A DNA stretch of 64,000 nucleotides from Candidatus Falkowbacteria bacterium (GTDB taxonomy: Bacteria; Patescibacteriota; Patescibacteriia; Patescibacteriales; GWE2-39-37): positions 32,316 to 96,315 of the forward strand of contig JBAXJQ010000001.1 of the NCBI GenBank assembly GCA_037137775.1. Direction: 5' to 3'. The notes below the pieces were generated by a model, which searched no databases, was not told the DNA's origin, and worked only from the letters and a program-made list of their open reading frames with translations. Positions 57,636 to 64,000 of this stretch are shown piece after piece. The stretch's first letter is position 1, and every line of letters begins with the position of its first letter. The position numbers and the translations under genes were made by a program.

Positions 57636-58838
57636 ATGAAATACGTCCATATTTTAGGTATTAGTCTGCCAGTGATGTCGAGTGGTGAGATTTGGCGACA
57701 AATCACTGCCTGGTGTGATAGTGAGGATCATCATCAGATTGTAACGCTAAATCCGGAAATAATTTTGGCTGCCCAGCAGGATGAGGAGCTCTTTTATATT
57801 ATTAATCAATCCCAATTGGTTTTGGCTGATGGTTTTGGACTGATCTTGGCTGCAAGTTTATCCGGTAGTAAAATAGCACGCGTTACCGGCGCAGATTTAG
57901 TGCCACAGATTTTAAATTATGCCAAGGTTCACGAGCTAAAAGTATTAATACTTGATTGGAATAAAGGATTATCTAAGTCAGCAGATATTTATGGGGTTAT
58001 AGCCGATAGATTTTCCGGCCTTAAAGCATTAGTATGTGATATCGAAAAGGATGGTGCGGATTTGCCCTTGAATCAAATTTCAGAGTTCGCTCCTCATATT
58101 GCATTGGTTGGTCTAGGTGCACCTTGGCAAGAAAAAATTATTTATCATCAACTCAAGCATTTACCAAGTCTTCGGTTGTCAACCGGCGTTGGTGGCTCGT
58201 TTGATTTTTTAACCAAAAAAATTACACGCGCACCCAAATGGATGCGATTTATTGGTATTGAGTGGCTGTGGCGTCTGTTAAAACAACCAAGTCGGTTAAA
58301 ACGGATATATAATGCGACCGTTATTTTTTTCGCCATGTTTTTGTTTTACCGCTTTGTTCAACCGAAGTTATATCGACCGAATGTGGCATGTTGGCTGTAC
58401 AAGTCAGAGCAGGGCAAGGATTATGTTTTGTTAGTACAACGTGCGCAAAGTAATACAGTTCATTGGCAATTGCCTCAAGGGGGCCGAAGTTTTGAATCGA
58501 TAAAAAAAGCTGGTTTACGAGAATTAAAAGAAGAATTAAATACTGATTCGATTGTTGCTAAAAAAGATTTTAAAAATTTGCATCAATATCGATTTCCTAA
58601 TCATAATCCATCACTCGAGCGTGAACGCCATGGTGGTTGGCGGGGTCAAAAGCAGTCATTATTAATTGCAGAGTTTACTGGTAAAGACGAGGATGTCTCG
58701 GTTAATTTTTGGGATCATTCCGGGTGGCGCTGGGTACCGGTTGAAGAAATTGTCGATCAGGTGCATGAAGTGCGTAAACCTTCAGCCAAAATTTTTTTAG
58801 AAAAATTTAAAGAATTTAAAAAAACTATTAATCGATAA
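57636..58838 (+). CDS. WecB/TagA/CpsF glycosyltransferase fused to a C-terminal RppH-like Nudix domain
   Basis: TLNPE, ADGFG, RVTGADL, GLGAPWQE, GVGGSFD, RAPKWM..EWLWRL; then YRPNV, WQLPQGG..RELKEEL, GQKQ. Confidence 0.88.
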   Translation: MKYVHILGISLPVMSSGEIWRQITAWCDSEDHHQIVTLNPEIILAAQQDEELFYIINQSQLVLADGFGLILAASLSGSKIARVTGADLVPQILNYAKVHELKVLILDWNKGLSKSADIYGVIADRFSGLKALVCDIEKDGADLPLNQISEFAPHIALVGLGAPWQEKIIYHQLKHLPSLRLSTGVGGSFDFLTKKITRAPKWMRFIGIEWLWRLLKQPSRLKRIYNATVIFFAMFLFYRFVQPKLYRPNVACWLYKSEQGKDYVLLVQRAQSNTVHWQLPQGGRSFESIKKAGLRELKEELNTDSIVAKKDFKNLHQYRFPNHNPSLERERHGGWRGQKQSLLIAEFTGKDEDVSVNFWDHSGWRWVPVEEIVDQVHEVRKPSAKIFLEKFKEFKKTINR

Positions 58839-58847
58839 TTTAACTAT

Positions 58848-60344
58848 ATGTCAGACATTCGTTTACGTTTTGCTCCATCACCTACTGGATTCGTCCATAT
58901 CGGCAGCCTTCGTACCGTGTTATATAATTTTTTAATTGCTAAATCACTGGGTGGTAAATTAATTTTACGCATCGAAGATACTGATCAAAAGCGCGAGGTG
59001 CTTGGTGCGGCAGAGCATCTAGTTCAGGTTTTAGATTGGGTAGGTATTAAGTTTGACGAAGGACCGGAAATCGGTGGTAGTTTTGGGCCGTATATCCAAA
59101 GCCAACGACGTGAGATTTATGATCAATATGCCGAGCGACTACTTGCCACTGGCAATGCCTATCGTTGTTTCTGTTCAGTTGAACGAATTCAAAAATTAAA
59201 AGAGGATTTAATAGTTAACAAACTGCCACCTCGCTACGATGGCACTTGTCGCCATATAGATTCGGTCGTCTCAGCAGAGCGCGCCGCTAAAGGGGAACCA
59301 TTCACTATCCGCCAAGCGATTCCGACCGAGGGTGAGTTGGTGGTACACGACGAACTGCGTGGTGATATAACATTTAAAGTTGAACATCTTGAAGATCATG
59401 TTTTAATTAAAACTGATGGTATGCCAACCTATCAGTTTGCCAATGTGATTGACGATCATTTAATGGAAATAACTCATGTGGTTCGTGGCGACGAATGGAT
59501 TCCTTCATTTCCGAAAAACATTTTGCTATATCGGGCATTCGACTGGCAGCCACCTAAATTTGTTCACATTCCTTTGATTTTAAACAAAGAAGGTGGCAAA
59601 CTTTCAAAACGACATAGTGATGTGGCGGTAGAAGATTATAAAGTTAATGGCTATTTACCCGAGGCAATGATAAATTTTTGCACCTTGCTAGGTTGGCACC
59701 CGAAAGGAGATAATGAAATATTATCCTTGCCCCAAATCGTGGCAGAATTTAATATTAACAATATCGGCATTAGCCCGGCTATATTTGATCTTGATAAATT
59801 GAATTATTTTAATGGGTATTATATTAGACAACTTTCTTTAGAGGATTTAACGAAAAAGGTTAAACCATATTTAATTGAAGCAAATTTATTAGCAGAAGAA
59901 TCTGGAGATTTACGCAATAATCTAACTGGTGACAAAATTTCAGAAATTGACCTGCAAGCTATTGTGGGGCTTGCCAGAGATCGGTTAAAAAAATTAAATG
60001 AAATAAGCGAATTGACCGATTTCATTTTTCAGCCAAAACTCAAATTTGAACCAGAACTTTTGATGTGGAAAAATTTTGAAAAACCAGTAATTGTAAAAAA
60101 TCTTTCCTTGGTTCAAACTTGGCTCGAACTGGTTAATGAATCTAGTTGGAATCGGAATAGTTTAGAAGAAATTGTCATTAAACATATCGCTGATAATAAT
60201 CTCACGGTCGGGGAAGTGCTCTGGCCGATGAGGGTAGCATTGACAGGACGCAAAGCTAGCCCGGGGCCATTTGAAGTTGCTGAAGTATTGGGAAAAAAAT
60301 CGGTATTAATTCGACTGCACTCTGCTATTGCTAAGCTCAGCTAA
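58848..60344 (+). CDS. gltX: Glutamate--tRNA ligase
   Basis: RFAPSPTG.HIGS, RIEDTD, HVVRGDEW, KLSKR. Confidence 0.97.
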   Translation: MSDIRLRFAPSPTGFVHIGSLRTVLYNFLIAKSLGGKLILRIEDTDQKREVLGAAEHLVQVLDWVGIKFDEGPEIGGSFGPYIQSQRREIYDQYAERLLATGNAYRCFCSVERIQKLKEDLIVNKLPPRYDGTCRHIDSVVSAERAAKGEPFTIRQAIPTEGELVVHDELRGDITFKVEHLEDHVLIKTDGMPTYQFANVIDDHLMEITHVVRGDEWIPSFPKNILLYRAFDWQPPKFVHIPLILNKEGGKLSKRHSDVAVEDYKVNGYLPEAMINFCTLLGWHPKGDNEILSLPQIVAEFNINNIGISPAIFDLDKLNYFNGYYIRQLSLEDLTKKVKPYLIEANLLAEESGDLRNNLTGDKISEIDLQAIVGLARDRLKKLNEISELTDFIFQPKLKFEPELLMWKNFEKPVIVKNLSLVQTWLELVNESSWNRNSLEEIVIKHIADNNLTVGEVLWPMRVALTGRKASPGPFEVAEVLGKKSVLIRLHSAIAKLS

Positions 60345-60393
60345 AAAATCTTCACTATTTTAAACTTTTTGCGATTTATGCTATAATATTAGT

Positions 60394-61653
60394 ATGAGTC
60401 GATTATCCATGCGAACAATTTTTTGGTCGCTAAAACTTTTAGCCGGAGGTATTTTTTTATCAGCGATTATCATTGCTTTTTTTGCGTTTGATATTAAACT
60501 CACCCTAGGGCAGGATCAGCCAGAGTCTGCTGAAGTGAAAAAAATTAGCGATCAAATAAAAGCCAAAAAAGATCGAGCCGACGAGCTTTCCAGACGGCAA
60601 GAAGAATATGCCAAAGCTCTAGAACAAAAGCAGAGTGAAAAGCTTGATTTGACCAATCAGATGGGTATTTTAGATAATCGGGTTGCCTCACTAGAATTAG
60701 ATATTATGCGCACCGGCCTAGAAATTGATCAAGTAACATTGGAAATTAAAAAGCTATCCTTAGAAATTAGCGATAAAGAGGATAAGTTGGTACAAGAAAA
60801 GGAACATATTGCTACTATTTTACGTGCACTACATCAGCAGGATCGAGTTAACACTTTACAAGTATTATTATTAAATGATTCTCTGTCAGATTTTTTAAAT
60901 CAGGTAAAATATTTGGAAGATGTTAATAGTGAGTTAGGCGACAGTGTTCGCGAATTGGAAAAATTACGTGATGAGTTGTTATTGCAAAAAGCTAATCAGG
61001 AAAAAAAGAATACAGATTTAGCAATTTTAAAGAAAGATCTGGATGACAAAAAAACAGCATTATTAGCTGAAAAGGAAAGCAAGCAATTTTTAATAGTTCA
61101 AACTGAGTCTTCGGAAATAGAGTTTCAACGACTAATTCGATTAGCCAAGCAAGAACAGGCGCAAGCCGCTTCCGATGTAGTATCGCTTGAAAAGGCGATG
61201 CGTGAAAAACTGGAGCAGCAAAAGAATAAAAAATTAGTTTTAAATCCCAACGGCTTAATCTGGCCAGTAACTAAAAACACGGTTACAGCTTATTTTCATG
61301 ATCCAGATTATCCATTTCGCTATGTCTTTGAGCATCCAGCCATTGATATTCGGGCCAAGCAGGGAACTGTCATACGAGCAGCCGCCTCTGGTTACGTTGC
61401 CCGGGCTAAAGATGCAGGACAGGGGTATAGTTATATTATGATTGTCCATGGCGACGGTCTCTCTACCGTTTATGGCCATGTTTCTAAGATTATGGTTGAT
61501 GAAGAGCAATATGTAGTTCAAGGTCAGCAAATTGGCCTTTCTGGTGGTACCCCAGGCACTCCTGGCGCAGGCAACATGACCTCTGGCCCCCATCTTCATT
61601 TCGAGGTACGACTAAATGGTATTCCGGTTAATCCTTTGGAATATTTGAAATAA
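60394..61653 (+). CDS. Coiled-coil plus M23 metallopeptidase (EnvC/MepM-like)
   Basis: TM helix, long coiled coil, HPAID, YGH, GPHLHFEVR. Confidence 0.9.
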   Translation: MSRLSMRTIFWSLKLLAGGIFLSAIIIAFFAFDIKLTLGQDQPESAEVKKISDQIKAKKDRADELSRRQEEYAKALEQKQSEKLDLTNQMGILDNRVASLELDIMRTGLEIDQVTLEIKKLSLEISDKEDKLVQEKEHIATILRALHQQDRVNTLQVLLLNDSLSDFLNQVKYLEDVNSELGDSVRELEKLRDELLLQKANQEKKNTDLAILKKDLDDKKTALLAEKESKQFLIVQTESSEIEFQRLIRLAKQEQAQAASDVVSLEKAMREKLEQQKNKKLVLNPNGLIWPVTKNTVTAYFHDPDYPFRYVFEHPAIDIRAKQGTVIRAAASGYVARAKDAGQGYSYIMIVHGDGLSTVYGHVSKIMVDEEQYVVQGQQIGLSGGTPGTPGAGNMTSGPHLHFEVRLNGIPVNPLEYLK

Positions 61654-61666
61654 TTTTAGCCTCTTT

Positions 61667-62461
61667 ATGAAAAAAATAGTAATTTTAATGTGCTTAATTT
61701 TTGTTTTGCCTTTATATTCCTTGGCAGCTGATTTTACCAAGGAAGCAGAGGCTGTAGTTAAAAGCGGTAAAGACGTAAATCAACTTTTGAAAAATACAAA
61801 AAGTAAAATTGATGTAAAGGGCCAAAAATCTACAATGGAATTTGACACTGAACCCTTAGTTAAGGGGTTCAAAGTTTCAACAGCGCAAAAGTATTCAATT
61901 AATAATTTTATTCTTTATGGCACGAATTCAACAAAAAAGTTTCGGCAAGTTTTCAGAAAAGAGATGATTAAAAATTTTATATACAAAAATAAAAAACTTC
62001 CGGAATCAGCTAAGGATTGGGAAAAAATATTGTCTAGAAATAACTCTGCTAATAGTTGCTTGCCAATGCCAAATAAAAGTATAATTCCCAATGGTTATGA
62101 TTTTAAAAAACAAGAAGATCAAACATTATTTACAGCCTTTGGCGAATGCTCAAATATATTTGTTTTAGGGAGTGGTAATTATTTCTCTCCAACATCAACC
62201 TCAATTTCTGTTTATAACTCTCCACTTGAATCTTCACAAATCATTCAAAAGTTAAAAAATGATACAAATTGGAAACTCATTGAACAAAAAACAAATAATA
62301 AAATCTTAATTTCAGTTTTTAGATCAAATTATGATACAAATAAAACCAGCTATCAACTAGTAGCAAAATATTATAACGGTAGTATAATTTTTATTTCTTT
62401 TGATAATGCAAAGAAGGACGACATGCTTTTAATGATGCAAAAGTATGTTAAATCAAAATAA
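61667..62461 (+). CDS. Hypothetical secreted protein
   Basis: Signal peptide MKKIVILMCLIFVLPLYSLA; very AT-rich. Confidence 0.65.
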   Translation: MKKIVILMCLIFVLPLYSLAADFTKEAEAVVKSGKDVNQLLKNTKSKIDVKGQKSTMEFDTEPLVKGFKVSTAQKYSINNFILYGTNSTKKFRQVFRKEMIKNFIYKNKKLPESAKDWEKILSRNNSANSCLPMPNKSIIPNGYDFKKQEDQTLFTAFGECSNIFVLGSGNYFSPTSTSISVYNSPLESSQIIQKLKNDTNWKLIEQKTNNKILISVFRSNYDTNKTSYQLVAKYYNGSIIFISFDNAKKDDMLLMMQKYVKSK

Positions 62462-62474
62462 TAAAATTAATTTT

Positions 62475-63101
62475 ATGAAAAAATTAATAAATTTAGTTTT
62501 AATTATATCGACAGTATTTTTTCTGCAAACAGGAATTTTACAAGCAGCAAGCACTTCAACTATTCCAAAAAAATTAAAAATCTCAACTGCTAGTCTTAAT
62601 AATTATCAAGCTCAAATACCCTTAGATAAAATAGTTGCTAAAATAAAAATTAGCACTGAAAAACAAAAATTAATTGTAAGTGACAAGTGGTGTGGTAATC
62701 TAAATTATATGTCTGATTGTCAAATTGTGTATCGTTTAATAAGTGACACAAAAGGAAAATCCAATGCTTTTATGGTTGGGTTAAACGCTGAAACGGTTGC
62801 AACTACCTCGACAGATAAAAATACAATCAAAAAATTAATCAGTTCAAAAGTCAAAAAGAGCTTTTTAGCGGGTAAAAAACAAGATTGTATTAAAAATAAA
62901 TGCACAAACCTTAGTATAAAAGGCGCAGACTCTGCTTATAAGATATCAACTGGTACAATAAAGGCATTAAAGGGGGGTATTGTCGTTACAATAGTTGATG
63001 AATCAAATAAATTTAGTAAATTATCAAAAGAGATAGCCCCTCAAATTTTAACTCAAGTTGGCAGCGGTTTGGATTACCAAAAATTTACCCCAAAATTTTA
63101 A
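62475..63101 (+). CDS. Hypothetical secreted Lys-rich protein
   Basis: Signal peptide MKKLINLVLIISTVFFLQTGILQA; two Cys pairs. Confidence 0.65.
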   Translation: MKKLINLVLIISTVFFLQTGILQAASTSTIPKKLKISTASLNNYQAQIPLDKIVAKIKISTEKQKLIVSDKWCGNLNYMSDCQIVYRLISDTKGKSNAFMVGLNAETVATTSTDKNTIKKLISSKVKKSFLAGKKQDCIKNKCTNLSIKGADSAYKISTGTIKALKGGIVVTIVDESNKFSKLSKEIAPQILTQVGSGLDYQKFTPKF

Positions 63102-63116
63102 AATGTAATATTGTTT

Positions 63117-63154
63117 AATTAAAAACTAACCATTATAATGGTTAGTTTTTAATT
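63117..63154. repeat. Perfect 38-bp palindrome overlapping the xer stop codon
   Basis: AATTAAAAACTAACCATTA|TAATGGTTAGTTTTTAATT. Confidence 0.8.
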
Positions 63155-63999
63155 TGTTTACCACCGTGAAATTTCTGGTGAATGTCGCTTAGTTGTTTGT
63201 TGGTTACGTGGGTATAGATTTGCGTGGTGGCAATATTAGAGTGACCTAAAAATTCTTGCACTAGACGTAAATCTACGCCCTGAGTAAGTAAATCCGTGGC
63301 ATAGGAGTGCCGCAGGGTATGCGGGGAAGTCATAATCGGCAAGCCAGCCAGCTTGGTGTATTTTTTAACAATGTCTTCGATTGCTCGCACGGTTAGGCGT
63401 CGTGTAGTGCCGTCACCACGCCCTAGAGAGTAGTTTATAAATAGGGCAGGATCCATATCTTTTCTAGCCGCTATATAGGCACGTAGCGCCTGAATAGCAC
63501 GTTCAGAAAAATAGACAGTCCGCACTTTGCCGCCTTTACCTGAAACGCTGATTTCTAAAAAATTTGTTAGTGGCTTGATACGAAGTTGATCACAATCAAG
63601 ACGGGTTAATTCAGCTACGCGTAAGCCGGTAGAAAATAAGCTCTCCAGGATTGCCCGGTCGCGTAAGCCGGCCAGGGTAGAGAGGTCTGGGCCTTGAAAT
63701 AATTTTTCAATCTGATCTAGTTTTAAAAAGGTAACTTGATGCTGCTGTTTTTCCCTGGCCAGCTTAATTTTATCAGGTGGTAGGGAAGTGATATCTTTTT
63801 CAATAAAATAACTTAAAAGACTTCGTAGAGCTATAAGGTAATAGTTTTGAGTACTTTTTTTAAGACCTGGCTGATCATGGCCATGTTGTTGGCGCGATAA
63901 GTATAGCCGGTAGCGCCAAACAATTTCATCGGTAAGGCTTTTTGGTTGTAATTCAGTCAGGTTATTTTCTTCCAACCAATGAAAAAACTTTTGCAAAAA
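63142..63999 (-). CDS. Xer-family tyrosine recombinase (5' end outside window)
   Basis: RDRAILESLFSTGLRVAEL, GKGGKVR, SPHTLRHSYATDLL..G.DLR.VQEFLGH..IATTQIYTHV (R-K-H-R-H-Y). Confidence 0.93.
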   Translation of the reverse strand, partial: FLQKFFHWLEENNLTELQPKSLTDEIVWRYRLYLSRQQHGHDQPGLKKSTQNYYLIALRSLLSYFIEKDITSLPPDKIKLAREKQQHQVTFLKLDQIEKLFQGPDLSTLAGLRDRAILESLFSTGLRVAELTRLDCDQLRIKPLTNFLEISVSGKGGKVRTVYFSERAIQALRAYIAARKDMDPALFINYSLGRGDGTTRRLTVRAIEDIVKKYTKLAGLPIMTSPHTLRHSYATDLLTQGVDLRLVQEFLGHSNIATTQIYTHVTNKQLSDIHQKFHGGKQIKN

Positions 64000-64000
64000 T

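Noticed and set aside
63142-63999. Tyrosine recombinase as a prophage or island integrase
   Set aside because: The motifs (HTLRHSYATDLL, VQEFLGH, TTQIYTHV) are those of housekeeping Xer proteins, and no phage genes are in the window.
1-64000. Genome-wide alternative genetic code (TGA = Gly)
   Set aside because: Conserved genes are full length under code 11, and TGA serves as a normal stop (e.g. hrcA, murJ).

Overview
AT-rich bacterial chromosome segment, genetic code 11, with densely packed genes mostly on the + strand. Most start codons have no Shine-Dalgarno (SD) sequence. Gene content and style (short HrcA, archaeal-type PyrH, murA-PEGA pair, tRNA without encoded CCA, SD-less starts) suggest a Patescibacteria/CPR genome, possibly Falkowbacteria-like; this taxonomy is inference. 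In order, the window holds: a parvulin-SecD fusion, secF, proS, mreBCD-mrdA, a 3D-domain gene, an rml/GT2 glycan cluster with inserted accessory genes, galU, murA, ctpA, rpmA, a CIRCE-controlled hrcA-(Nudix-grpE)-hsp20-CYTH-dnaK-dnaJ operon, htrA, a Gld-like ABC system, pfkB-pduL-ackA, murJ, lepA, recJ, rnhA, tRNA-Val(CAC), a solo Cas4-like nuclease, a four-gene flavinylation/electron-transfer cassette, rnpB, sugar transferases, pyrH, sod, a TagA-Nudix fusion, gltX, an M23 peptidase and a partial Xer recombinase. Four signals stand out. (1) An FNR-TM-stalk / stalk / ApbE / cytochrome-b cassette whose disordered Pro/Thr stalks carry a repeated P-[TV]-T-x-[AV]-S motif resembling flavinylation sites, a candidate extracellular electron conduit. 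(2) A second copy of the tRNA-Val 5' end split precisely by two tiny palindromic insertions, next to a third palindromic element. (3) Tandem Cys-rich cassettes between rmlD and rmlA, separated by a fossil rmlA start. (4) Small self-contained transcription units with strong SD sequences in an otherwise SD-less genome. All calls come from reading the sequence; no database searches were run.
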